The translations under genes and the position numbers were made by a program. From NCBI GenBank assembly GCA_041752695.1, contig JBGSVZ010000012.1:32001-96000 (forward strand): DNA of 64,000 nucleotides. Reading direction: 5' to 3'. How positions within the stretch are numbered: position 1 is the stretch's first letter; each line of letters begins with the position of its first letter. Below, piece by piece: positions 10,274 to 18,986 of this stretch. This DNA is from Terrimicrobiaceae bacterium (GTDB lineage: Bacteria > Verrucomicrobiota > Verrucomicrobiia > Chthoniobacterales > Terrimicrobiaceae). The notes beneath the pieces were generated by a model. It did no database searches, was not told where the DNA came from, and was given only the letters and a program-made list of their open reading frames with translations.

Positions 10274-10659
10274 CAGGTCCACCATCCGCCAAGCCGGGCA
10301 AAATGAGGATAAAAAATCAGCATTCCGACCACCGCCGCCGCCATCGCGGAAATCAGCACCGCGCCCGCCGCGACGTCCTTGGACCGCTCCACCAGTGGAT
10401 GAAATTCCGGCGAAGCCACATCGGCAAGAAACTCGAAAGCAGTGTTCAGGGCCTCCGCCGTCCAGACCGCGGCCATCGCCAAAATGATCGCGCACCATTC
10501 CATCGGCCCGAGCCGGAAAACCAGCCCCGCCACCACCACCCCGGCTGTTGCCACCGCATGCAGCCACGCGTTGTGCTGCGAGCCGATCATCAGCCCGATC
10601 CCACGAAAGGCGTACCGAAAACTCCGCGCACGACTCGTCCAAGAAAACCCCGTTTTCAT
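10273..10659 (-). CDS. dgkA: Diacylglycerol/undecaprenol kinase family protein
   Basis: SFRYAFRG, EALNTAFE, KDVAAGAVL. Confidence 0.9.
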   Translation of the reverse strand: MKTGFSWTSRARSFRYAFRGIGLMIGSQHNAWLHAVATAGVVVAGLVFRLGPMEWCAIILAMAAVWTAEALNTAFEFLADVASPEFHPLVERSKDVAAGAVLISAMAAAVVGMLIFYPHFARLGGWWT

Positions 10660-10840
10660 CGATCGGTTATGGCTCCACCCTCACCGTAAGCGCGAGCGGA
10701 AAAGTTCACGCGCACCGAAACCGCGAGCCACTGAGTCCAACCCGGCCAGCACGGCTGCTGATTCTGAGCCTCCATCTCAATTGAGCCCCAGGCACGTTCG
10801 GGTGTTGTTCCTTGATGAGATAAGCTTAGACTTAGCCATC

Positions 10841-13105
10841 ATGAAGCCCGACTCATCAAACTGCGTGATCCGCGAGGTCTCGAGGATCCTCGGGGAAGAG
10901 CCGCAGCTTGAAGCCGTGGCTCTGAGCGGGCTGGAGAAAAAACTATCCATCGCCACCCTCGGCGAAGATCGCGACGAACGCCTCGCCGGACGGGTCTCCC
11001 AGGCCGTGAGCGAAGGCCCCCCTCACTGCGGCGAACTCACCACCGACGGACGCTGCGTTTCCTGCGGGGAAAAACCTGCCGGCCAAATCGTGGGCCCCCG
11101 TGTGGTCGTCAAATCCGTTCTCGGAAACACTCTCATCGAAAAGCAGACCTGCCCCACCGCGATTTCGTTTTGGAAATGGGTGTCCCTCAAATGGCCGCAA
11201 TACGCCCCGCGCGAACACAAGCCGTTCGACGACGGCGAAGCGGAATGGCACATCATGGCGTGGCTGGCTGCGGCCTGCCTCGGGTTTGGCCTTCTGGGGT
11301 TCGCCTCCGAACATTTCCTGCCTCAGGCTTCTCTCGTCTTTTACCTCGCAGCCTATCTCTGCGGCGGTTGGGACGCCGCAAAAGATGCCTGGGAACGTGT
11401 GCGCCACGCGCAACTCGACGTGCATTTTCTGATGCTGGCTGTCGCGGCAGGCGCGGCCTCCATCGGCGCGTGGCGCGAGGGCGCCTTGCTGCTCTTCCTT
11501 TTTTCCGCCTCGGGCGCGATGGAGCACTACGCGATGGGACGCACCAAGCGGGCGATTAGCGCCCTCTTCCGCGACGCTCCCAAAACCGCCCGCGTCCTTC
11601 AGGACGGCCTTGAATCCACCGTCGCCGTCGAGGATCTCACCGCTGGCATGGTCCTTCTGGTCACCGCGGGCGACCAAATTCCCGCCGACGTCGAGATCCT
11701 CAAAGGCGAAACGGAATGCGATGAATCCAGCCTCACGGGCGAATCCCGCCCCATCGCCAAAGCCCCCGGGGATACCGCGCTGGCCGGTGCCATCAATCTT
11801 TGGGGAGCGATCGAAGGCCGCGTCCTTCGCCCCGCCAGCGAAAGCGCCCTGCAAAAAATCATCTCCCTCATCCAGGAGGCGCAGACCATGAAGGCGCCGT
11901 CGCAAAAATTCACCGACCGTTTCGGCACCGGCTATACCTGGACCGTTCTCCTTCTTTGCGCCGGGATGTTTCTTGTCTGGTGGCTCGTGGTCGGCCTGTC
12001 CCCCTTCCTTTCCACCGAGACCGCCCCCAGCGCGTTCTATCGCACCATGACGCTCCTCGTTGTCGCCTCCCCGTGTGCCCTGGTTCTTTCGGTCCCCTCC
12101 TCCATCCTTTCGGCCATCGCCAGCGGTGCGCGGCGGGGCGTGCTCTTCCGCGGGGGCGCAGCCATCGAAACTCTGGCCGCCGTGAAAGTCGTCGCCCTCG
12201 ACAAAACCGGCACCCTCACCACCGGCGATCTTTCGTTGGAAAAATTCGACTGCCTCACCGGCGAGGTCCGTCAGGCCCGCCAGATCGCCGCCACTCTGGC
12301 TCGGCTTTCCCAGCACCCCCTCTCCCGGGCCATCCGCAAAGCCGCCATCGGCTGGAAAACCGTCCCGTCCGAAGCCACCGAATTCGAATCCATCCCCGGC
12401 CACGGCCTCCGCGCCACCATCGAGGGCAGGGAGTATCGGCTGGGCAACCGCAAACTCGTCGAGTCCCTCTCCCCCATCCCCGACACTCCCGAGACCAGCG
12501 CGCTCTCCGGCGGGGCCGAAGTCTGGATCGCCGGACCCGACCTGCTCGCCCGTCTCACGTTTCGTGATCAAATCCGCCCGGAATCCCGCAAAACCCTCTC
12601 CGCCCTCCGCGCCGCCGGCATCCATACCGTCATGCTCACCGGCGACCACACCGGAGCCGCCGCCCTCATCGGCCGCGAAGTCGGGGTGGACGAAATCCGC
12701 TCCGGCCTTCTCCCCGAGGAAAAGGTCGCTGCCGTTCAGGAACTCAAAAACTCCGGCCGCACCCCCGTCGCCATGATCGGCGATGGCGTGAACGACGCCC
12801 CTTGCATAGCCGCGGCCGATGTCGGCGTGGCCATGGGCGCGCGCGGCTCCGACGCCGCCCTGGAACAGGCCGAAGTCGTCCTGATGAACGACCGCCTGGA
12901 AAACTTTCTCCTCGCCCGCGAACTCAGCCGCCGGTCCCGCCGCATCATCCTGCAGAACATCACCATCGCCCTTGGCACCGTCCTCGTGATGATGACCGCC
13001 GCCTTCCTCTTCCCCATCCCCCTCGCCTTCGGCGTCGCCATGCACGAAGGCAGCACCGTCATCGTCGTTCTCAACAGCCTGCGGCTGCTGATGATCCGCG
13101 CCTGA
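10841..13105 (+). CDS. Heavy-metal P-type ATPase, P1B-4 type (Co/Fe/Zn efflux)
   Basis: Start reassigned to ATG 10841; TGES, SPC in TM, DKTGTLT, SQHP, GDGVNDAP, HEGST. Confidence 0.93.
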   Translation: MKPDSSNCVIREVSRILGEEPQLEAVALSGLEKKLSIATLGEDRDERLAGRVSQAVSEGPPHCGELTTDGRCVSCGEKPAGQIVGPRVVVKSVLGNTLIEKQTCPTAISFWKWVSLKWPQYAPREHKPFDDGEAEWHIMAWLAAACLGFGLLGFASEHFLPQASLVFYLAAYLCGGWDAAKDAWERVRHAQLDVHFLMLAVAAGAASIGAWREGALLLFLFSASGAMEHYAMGRTKRAISALFRDAPKTARVLQDGLESTVAVEDLTAGMVLLVTAGDQIPADVEILKGETECDESSLTGESRPIAKAPGDTALAGAINLWGAIEGRVLRPASESALQKIISLIQEAQTMKAPSQKFTDRFGTGYTWTVLLLCAGMFLVWWLVVGLSPFLSTETAPSAFYRTMTLLVVASPCALVLSVPSSILSAIASGARRGVLFRGGAAIETLAAVKVVALDKTGTLTTGDLSLEKFDCLTGEVRQARQIAATLARLSQHPLSRAIRKAAIGWKTVPSEATEFESIPGHGLRATIEGREYRLGNRKLVESLSPIPDTPETSALSGGAEVWIAGPDLLARLTFRDQIRPESRKTLSALRAAGIHTVMLTGDHTGAAALIGREVGVDEIRSGLLPEEKVAAVQELKNSGRTPVAMIGDGVNDAPCIAAADVGVAMGARGSDAALEQAEVVLMNDRLENFLLARELSRRSRRIILQNITIALGTVLVMMTAAFLFPIPLAFGVAMHEGSTVIVVLNSLRLLMIRA

Positions 13106-13147
13106 CATCCCCACCCCGAAACTCCCTCCGCCCAACCATTTCTCGCG

Positions 13148-13274
13148 TTTTACAATAAATGTCCCACCTGGGACATTTATTGTAAAAAAGTCCAACTCAC
13201 CAAGCTTCCTCCGCCGTGCGGGTCTGGCCGTCAGAATTCACAATAGATGTCCCAGGCGGGACATTTATTGTGAA
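13148..13274. repeat. Pair of AT-rich long palindromes between convergent genes
   Basis: TTTTACAATAAATGTCCCA-CC-TGGGACATTTATTGTAAAA (13148-13187) and TTCACAATAGATGTCCC-AGGC-GGGACATTTATTGTGAA (13237-13274). Confidence 0.9.
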
Positions 13275-14731
13275 GGGGCGGCGGGCGCGAAGCCGCCTTG
13301 TTTCCATTCCAGTTCAGTCCCGGGGGGGAGGAGGCGGGCGGCGCGAACGATGTTCCAATTGGCCATCTGGATGCCGCCGATGCCGTAGGTGGTGAGCATT
13401 TGGTCGGGGACACTGGTTCCGTGAAGGCCATAAGGGAGAATCTCGGGACTGTCGGACTTTGCGAGATTGAGCCAGATCACGCCCGCGGGATTGTTCGGTC
13501 CGGGTGCGAGAAACTGTTCGGTGGGAAGAGTGGCGGATTTCGCCGAGGGCGCTTCGGGCTCCGGCTGGCCGAAGAGGGGTTTCGGCTTTTGCGTTTCCTC
13601 GCGACGTTCCTGAAAGGTGGCCATGCGAGGAAGCGGAATGGCGTCCCGGACCGTCCATGATCCCCGGCCACGCAGCCCGGGGCGCGCCATGGAGATGGGC
13701 ATCACTGCGACCAGCGTGTCCTTCTGAAAAATTTGCAAAAGCGCAAGGTCGAGAATCACGGCCTTCGTGTTGCCGATACCGGCGGGCGGCTGGACCATGC
13801 CGCGGAACCCTTTTTCAATTTCGAAGGGGATGACATTGGGCACGCGCAATTCTGTTCCCACCGTGGGCGCGGCGAGCACATGGGCATTGAGTTTTTTTAA
13901 GAACGCTTCATTGCAGTGGAAGCGCTCCGCCACGAACTCCCACGGTGTGCGGTAGAGAAGCTGCGGGGCGGACGCGAGGTCCTGATACGAGGGACCGCGG
14001 GCGGCCGACTTTTTCTCGGGATCGGGAGCGGCACCGGGGCGTTCCGCTTTGGGCGGGGTGATAAAACGGAAGTCCGTTTCCTTGAGCACGTAGTGAGTGA
14101 GTCCGTTGCCGACTTCACTCTGCATTGCGCTGCTCAATTTCACGGGGTCGCCCGCATCCGGGTAGGCGAGGACAAAAAGGTGCAGCACTTTTTCAAAGGT
14201 GGGACCGCGAAGTCCGTCGATGGGGCCGGCGGAAAACTGGCGACGGTCGAGAAAGGCCTGGAGCGCCGCCGTGCGCAGGAGTTCATCGGTGATTCCTGCT
14301 TCTCCCGTCTCTTTCTTCCCTTTGGCAGCTGCTTTTTTTGCCGGTTCCGGCAGGGGGGCGATAGCCCGGGCCTCCTCGCGGGTGGGAATTTTTAACAGAT
14401 CCCCGATGCGAATCAGGTCGGAGTTGAGGCCGTTGAAAGTTTTGATGTGGATGGGGGCGAGTCCGTATTTCCGCGCGATGATGGCAAGGGCGTCACCGCG
14501 TTTCACCTCGTAAGTGACGGCCTCCGAAACCGGGGCGGGCGTGGGCGCGGCAATTTGCGGGACGGGGGTGGGATCGGGAAGCGCGGAAATCCAATGGCCG
14601 GGTTCGGATGGGGCGACGCGCCATTTCCAATTCACCGCCTCGTCCAAGCCAGGTTCGACACTCGTTTGCGCACGCGCCGATGCCAGGGCCAAAAGGCAAA
14701 AAAAGGCCGCCACGATGAGGTTGTCCCGCAT
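13265..14731 (-). CDS. LysM domain + L,D-transpeptidase-like exported protein
   Basis: Start MRDNLIV with signal peptide; LysM YEVKRGDAL..IRIGDLLKIP; PGPNNPAGVIW, YGLHGT; catalytic Cys absent. Confidence 0.8.
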   Translation of the reverse strand: MRDNLIVAAFFCLLALASARAQTSVEPGLDEAVNWKWRVAPSEPGHWISALPDPTPVPQIAAPTPAPVSEAVTYEVKRGDALAIIARKYGLAPIHIKTFNGLNSDLIRIGDLLKIPTREEARAIAPLPEPAKKAAAKGKKETGEAGITDELLRTAALQAFLDRRQFSAGPIDGLRGPTFEKVLHLFVLAYPDAGDPVKLSSAMQSEVGNGLTHYVLKETDFRFITPPKAERPGAAPDPEKKSAARGPSYQDLASAPQLLYRTPWEFVAERFHCNEAFLKKLNAHVLAAPTVGTELRVPNVIPFEIEKGFRGMVQPPAGIGNTKAVILDLALLQIFQKDTLVAVMPISMARPGLRGRGSWTVRDAIPLPRMATFQERREETQKPKPLFGQPEPEAPSAKSATLPTEQFLAPGPNNPAGVIWLNLAKSDSPEILPYGLHGTSVPDQMLTTYGIGGIQMANWNIVRAARLLPPGTELEWKQGGFAPAAPSQ

Positions 14732-14850
14732 CACTCCCAATAATCGGCAATATTCCTGCCGCCGTCCATTCCACATCCCTCCCACCGTACCAACTTGCGG
14801 CCGGATCGAAAACCTAAATACCCCATCGGGTTTTCCGGCGAGCGCCGCCG

Positions 14851-14879
14851 TTGACAACTTTCGCGGCCGGGACTATGAA
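14851..14879 (+). promoter_or_regulatory. Putative sigma70 promoter of korAB
   Basis: TTGACA-N17-TATGAA just upstream of GTG 14892. Confidence 0.4.
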
Positions 14880-14891
14880 CGAAAAACCCCC

Positions 14892-16703
14892 GTGAGTTCC
14901 CCATCCTCCTTGCCCGAGGCGCCGTCCGCCGACCCCGGCGGCACGCGCGCAGACCTGAGACCCGAACACATTCGCGACGCCGTGATCCGGCTGGCCGGAA
15001 ATTCCCAGGACGGCATCCAGTCCGCCGGGGCTTTCCTGGCCCGCCTCGCAGGGCGCAGTGCCCAGGATGTGATGACCTATATGACGATCCCGTCCACGAT
15101 TTCGGGCGGTCCGTCCATCTTCCAAGTCCGCATCGGCACGGGTCAGGTTCTCTCCGCGGGGGACGAGGCGGATTTTTTGGTCGCCTTCTATCAGCACAGT
15201 TACGACGACCACATTGAGTGCCTGCGGGAAGGCGGGGTGCTGCTTTACGACTCCGATCACGTCCAGCCCAATCTCGACGACAAACGTTTCGTTTATGTGG
15301 GTGTGCCCATCACCGGACTAACCGTTGAGGCCTTGGGCGGAACGGCAAAAGACAAGGGCAAAAACGTTTTCGTCCTTGGCCTCATTGCGAAGATTTTCCA
15401 CCTCGACGGAGACAAGCTAAAGAAGCTCATCACCGAGCGATTCGCCGGGAAGTCGAGCGACGTGGCAAACACCGCGCTGATGGCCTTTCAGGCGGGCTAT
15501 TCCTACCCGGTGGGCAACGTGCTCTCGCGGCTCTATCATTTCGAACCCGTCGAACCGGGAGCCCGGGCCCAGATCACGATGGACGGGAATCAGGCCATGG
15601 CCTACGGCCTGATCGCGGCGGGTGTGCGATACGGCGCGGGCTACCCGATCACCCCCTGGTCCTCGATCATGGAAATCCTGCGCAGCGAACTGCCAAAGTA
15701 TGGAGGACTTTTTGTGCAGTCGGAGGATGAGCTTGCCGCGGTCTCCACCGCGCTGGGATTTTCCTTTGCCGGACACCTCGCAGTGACGGGCAGTGCGGGG
15801 CCGGGCATCTCGCTCAAAACGGAAGCCATCGGATGGGCCTCCATGGCCGAGATGCCGCTGCTCGTCGTCAATGTCCAACGTGGCGGGCCCAGCACCGGAC
15901 TGCCGACCAATGTGGAACAAAGCGATTTGTATCAGGCGATTTTCGGGGGCCACGGAGACAGTCCCCGCGTGGTCCTCGCGGCGGCCACAGTGGAGGATTG
16001 TTTTTACATCGCGATCGAGGCGGCCCGCATTGCCCGCAAATACAGCACGCCGGTTTTCCTTCTCAGCGACACCTCGCTGGCCACACGCATCGAGGCCTTC
16101 GACGAGCCCGATCTTGCCGAGCTCATGCAGGATCCCGCGCCCGACCTGAGCGAACGCCAGGCCGACTTTAAGCCGTACGCCGTAGACGGCCTCACTCAGC
16201 ACGCACCACCGGGAAGCCGCATGGCGGGCGGAAAATATCCCGTGGTCACCGGACTCGAACACGACGAAATGGGGCACCCGACCGGCAGCCCGAAACTGCA
16301 CACGGCGATGACCGCCAAACGCCGCCGCAAACTCCAGGAACTGGCGGCCGAGATTCCCCTTCCCGAGGTGCACGGCGACTCCGAAGGCGAGATGCTCCTC
16401 ATCGGTTGGGGGTCCACTTATGGCCCCATTCATGAAGCCGTCACCCGGGGGCGCGAACTCGGAGAGAGCCTTTCCGCGATTCACCTGCGTCATGTGCATC
16501 CACTGCCGGACGGCCTCGAGCGTATTTTCGCCCGGTTCAAACGCATCCTCGTCGTCGAAATGAACGACGAGGGCCTCTATGGCTACGGCCAGCTCGCCAG
16601 CATTCTGCGCGCCCGCTACTGCGATCCGAAAATCCACAGCCTCACCAAGACCGACGGCCTGACTTACCGCGTCCGCGAAATTCTCGAAGGAGCCCTCAAA
16701 TGA
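14892..16703 (+). CDS. korA: 2-oxoacid:ferredoxin oxidoreductase alpha subunit (gamma-alpha fusion)
   Basis: GYPITP, QSEDELAA, VQRGGPSTGLPT, GWGSTYG; start (GTG 14892) uncertain; substrate not determinable. Confidence 0.9.
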   Translation: MSSPSSLPEAPSADPGGTRADLRPEHIRDAVIRLAGNSQDGIQSAGAFLARLAGRSAQDVMTYMTIPSTISGGPSIFQVRIGTGQVLSAGDEADFLVAFYQHSYDDHIECLREGGVLLYDSDHVQPNLDDKRFVYVGVPITGLTVEALGGTAKDKGKNVFVLGLIAKIFHLDGDKLKKLITERFAGKSSDVANTALMAFQAGYSYPVGNVLSRLYHFEPVEPGARAQITMDGNQAMAYGLIAAGVRYGAGYPITPWSSIMEILRSELPKYGGLFVQSEDELAAVSTALGFSFAGHLAVTGSAGPGISLKTEAIGWASMAEMPLLVVNVQRGGPSTGLPTNVEQSDLYQAIFGGHGDSPRVVLAAATVEDCFYIAIEAARIARKYSTPVFLLSDTSLATRIEAFDEPDLAELMQDPAPDLSERQADFKPYAVDGLTQHAPPGSRMAGGKYPVVTGLEHDEMGHPTGSPKLHTAMTAKRRRKLQELAAEIPLPEVHGDSEGEMLLIGWGSTYGPIHEAVTRGRELGESLSAIHLRHVHPLPDGLERIFARFKRILVVEMNDEGLYGYGQLASILRARYCDPKIHSLTKTDGLTYRVREILEGALK

Positions 16704-17632
16704 GCACACTCGCCCCCGCCCCAACCGACCGGGAGAAACTCACCAAAAAAGCCCTCACCGCCGATCATCCCACCTGGTGTCCCGGCTGCGGGGACTTCGC
16801 CGTGCTGGCCTCCTATTACAAGATGCTGGAGAAACGCCAGCTTCCCCATGAGAACATTGTCACCCTCGCGGGCATCGGGTGCTCCTCGCGTTTCCCGTAT
16901 TTCGTCAACAGCCACGGGGCGCATTTTATCCATGGCCGCGCCGTGCCGCTGGCCTCGGGGGTGAGCCTTTCGCGTCCGGACCTGCACGTGTTTCTCTTCG
17001 GGGGCGATGGGGACGGATTTTCCATCGGCGGCAACCACCTGGAACACGGGGCCCGCAAGAACATCAATCTGACCTATGTCATCATGGACAACTTCGTCTA
17101 TGGCCTGACGAAAAAGCAGACCTCGCCCACCTCGCCGATCGGGTTTAAATCGAAAACCGATCCCACCGGAGCCATTGACCAACCGGTGAATCCGATGAAA
17201 AAACTCATCTCCGCGGGCGCCACGTTCGTCGCCCGTTCGCACGCCACCCAGGTCAATCACATGATCGAAATGATGGAGCGGGCGATGGACCACCAGGGAT
17301 TTTCGGTGGTGGAAATTCTTTCCGAATGTGTGGAATTTTTCCCCGGTGTCTTTGACCCCGCCAACCCCCGCAAAGGGGGCGCGTTCACGGTGATCGAGGA
17401 GAAAAAATGGGACAACTCCGCCGAAGACGAATCGCGCCACGATGTGACCGACGAGCTCGCCGCCTACAAACTCGCCAACGAGCCGTTCCCGGGCCTTTTT
17501 GGGGTCTTCTACGATGTGGACCGTCCCACCAAAAACGCCCTCGAAAACAAATGGATCGCGGGTGCCCGCGTCAAGATCGGCGAGGCCTCCGACCGGGACA
17601 TTCTCCAACACACCTTCGACCGGATGAAGTGA
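16700..17632 (+). CDS. korB: 2-oxoacid:ferredoxin oxidoreductase beta subunit
   Basis: WCPGCGD, GIGCSSR, TPP motif GDGD..IGGNH..N. Confidence 0.92.
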   Translation: MSTLAPAPTDREKLTKKALTADHPTWCPGCGDFAVLASYYKMLEKRQLPHENIVTLAGIGCSSRFPYFVNSHGAHFIHGRAVPLASGVSLSRPDLHVFLFGGDGDGFSIGGNHLEHGARKNINLTYVIMDNFVYGLTKKQTSPTSPIGFKSKTDPTGAIDQPVNPMKKLISAGATFVARSHATQVNHMIEMMERAMDHQGFSVVEILSECVEFFPGVFDPANPRKGGAFTVIEEKKWDNSAEDESRHDVTDELAAYKLANEPFPGLFGVFYDVDRPTKNALENKWIAGARVKIGEASDRDILQHTFDRMK

Positions 17633-17708
17633 TTCCCCGTGGTGGAAAACTTAGGTTTTCCCGGAACTCGGCAAACGCACGTTTGCCGCTACGGGTCCGA
17701 TCCGCGCG

Positions 17709-18458
17709 TCAGCTCTTTACCTTGGCGAGACGCTCGTTAACAAAGTCCCAATTTACCACATTCCACCAGGCGCTGATATAATCCGGCCGACGGTTTTGGT
17801 ATTTGAGATAATAAGAATGCTCCCAGACATCGAGACCGAGGAGAGGAAATTTGCCATCCATGATGGGAGCGTCCTGATTGGGGAGGGAAAGAATTTCCAT
17901 CTTGCCGCCGTCGATCACCAGCCAGGCCCAACCGCTGCCAAAGCGCTTCGTCGCAGCCTCGTTGAACTTTTTCTGAAACTCCTCGAACGATCCGAATTCC
18001 TTGTCGATGGCCTTGGCGATCTCCCCGGTGGGTTTGCCGCCACCTTTCGGGGACATCATTTGCCAAAAGAGGGTGTGGTTCACATCTCCGCCGACGTTAT
18101 TCCGCAGTCCGACGCGAATGGCTTCGGGGGCCTTGTCGAGATTTTTGACCAATTCCTCCGGCGACATTTTCGAAAGTTCGGGCTGATCCGCGAGGAGCTT
18201 GTTCGCGTTGTCGACATACGCCTTGTGGTGCTTGTCGTGGTGAATCTGCATCGTCCAGGTATCGATGTGTGGCTCGAGGGCGTCGTAGGCGTAGGGCAAT
18301 GGAGGGAGTTTATAGGGGCCGGTGGGGGCAGGTGCGGCGGGCGCGCCCTGGGCATATCCGCGGCTGAGAAAGGCCGTGCCAAAAACCGCCGCCGCCAGGG
18401 ACCCGACCCCCATGCGAAAGGCTTCACGACGCGAAAAGGAGGAGTGAGAAGTTTTCAT
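17709..18458 (-). CDS. sodA: Fe/Mn superoxide dismutase (Mn-type signatures) with Tat signal peptide
   Basis: [42 protein letters not shown]-terminal SRREAF + hydrophobic core. Confidence 0.93.
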   Translation of the reverse strand: MKTSHSSFSRREAFRMGVGSLAAAVFGTAFLSRGYAQGAPAAPAPTGPYKLPPLPYAYDALEPHIDTWTMQIHHDKHHKAYVDNANKLLADQPELSKMSPEELVKNLDKAPEAIRVGLRNNVGGDVNHTLFWQMMSPKGGGKPTGEIAKAIDKEFGSFEEFQKKFNEAATKRFGSGWAWLVIDGGKMEILSLPNQDAPIMDGKFPLLGLDVWEHSYYLKYQNRRPDYISAWWNVVNWDFVNERLAKVKS

Positions 18459-18502
18459 GATCGAAACAAAACGCTAAACCTCCATCGCCCGAAGGCAACC
18501 CC

Positions 18503-18901
18503 ATGCGCGTAAAAAAATCGCCCACCGCTTTTCAACTCCGCGTTTACGAGGCCGTCCGCCGCATTCCCAGTGGCAAGGTCGCCAGCTACGCGACCGTGGC
18601 CAGCGCCATCGACTGCCGGTCCGCGAGAGTGATCGGTCAGGCGTTGCGGATGTGTGAAGACGATTCCGTCCCCTGCCACCGCGTGGTAGCCGCGGATCTC
18701 ACCATCGGGGGATTTGGCGGAAAAAACTCTGGAGCACAGGTGAAGCGGAAACGCGCCTTGCTCGAAGCGGAGGGTGTGCTTTTCGACCGCAGCGGACAGA
18801 TCGACCCGGCCTGCGCCATTCGGGATTCCCCGGCGGCACGATGGCTGGGGAAACAGACACGACGTTGGAGTCCAGTCCCGCGAGGGCGGGACTGTTCCTG
18901 A
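18503..18901 (+). CDS. O6-alkylguanine DNA alkyltransferase family protein (single domain)
   Basis: IPSGKVASY, ARVIGQAL, active-site PCHRV, LLEAEG. Confidence 0.88.
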   Translation: MRVKKSPTAFQLRVYEAVRRIPSGKVASYATVASAIDCRSARVIGQALRMCEDDSVPCHRVVAADLTIGGFGGKNSGAQVKRKRALLEAEGVLFDRSGQIDPACAIRDSPAARWLGKQTRRWSPVPRGRDCS

Positions 18902-18930
18902 AGGCGCACGCTAAAGCGTGAACTCCAACG
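18863..18930. repeat. Inverted pair of REP-like elements
   Basis: CGTTGGAGTC-hairpin...CACGCTAAAGCGTGAACTCCAACG; same family recurs elsewhere in window. Confidence 0.8.
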
Positions 18931-18986
18931 GGTACACCAAAAAAAATACGCGCCGTCCGTGTCCCCCTTGTGGTTAGGTTGACTCT

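Noticed and set aside
10765..10779. TGAG-N7-CTCA as a metal-regulator box upstream of the ATPase
   Set aside because: Too short and single-copy to support
10943..13195. 750-aa minus-strand ORF and many similar long antisense ORFs (e.g. 31469-33430, 59202-61547)
   Set aside because: High-GC shadow frames opposite well-supported genes, with no motifs
13148..13274. Possible mini CRISPR array
   Set aside because: Only two units, inverted and fully palindromic; no cas genes or leader
17709..18458. Exported SOD as H2O2 supplier for the LPMO
   Set aside because: About 16 kb apart with no operon or motif link; purely speculative
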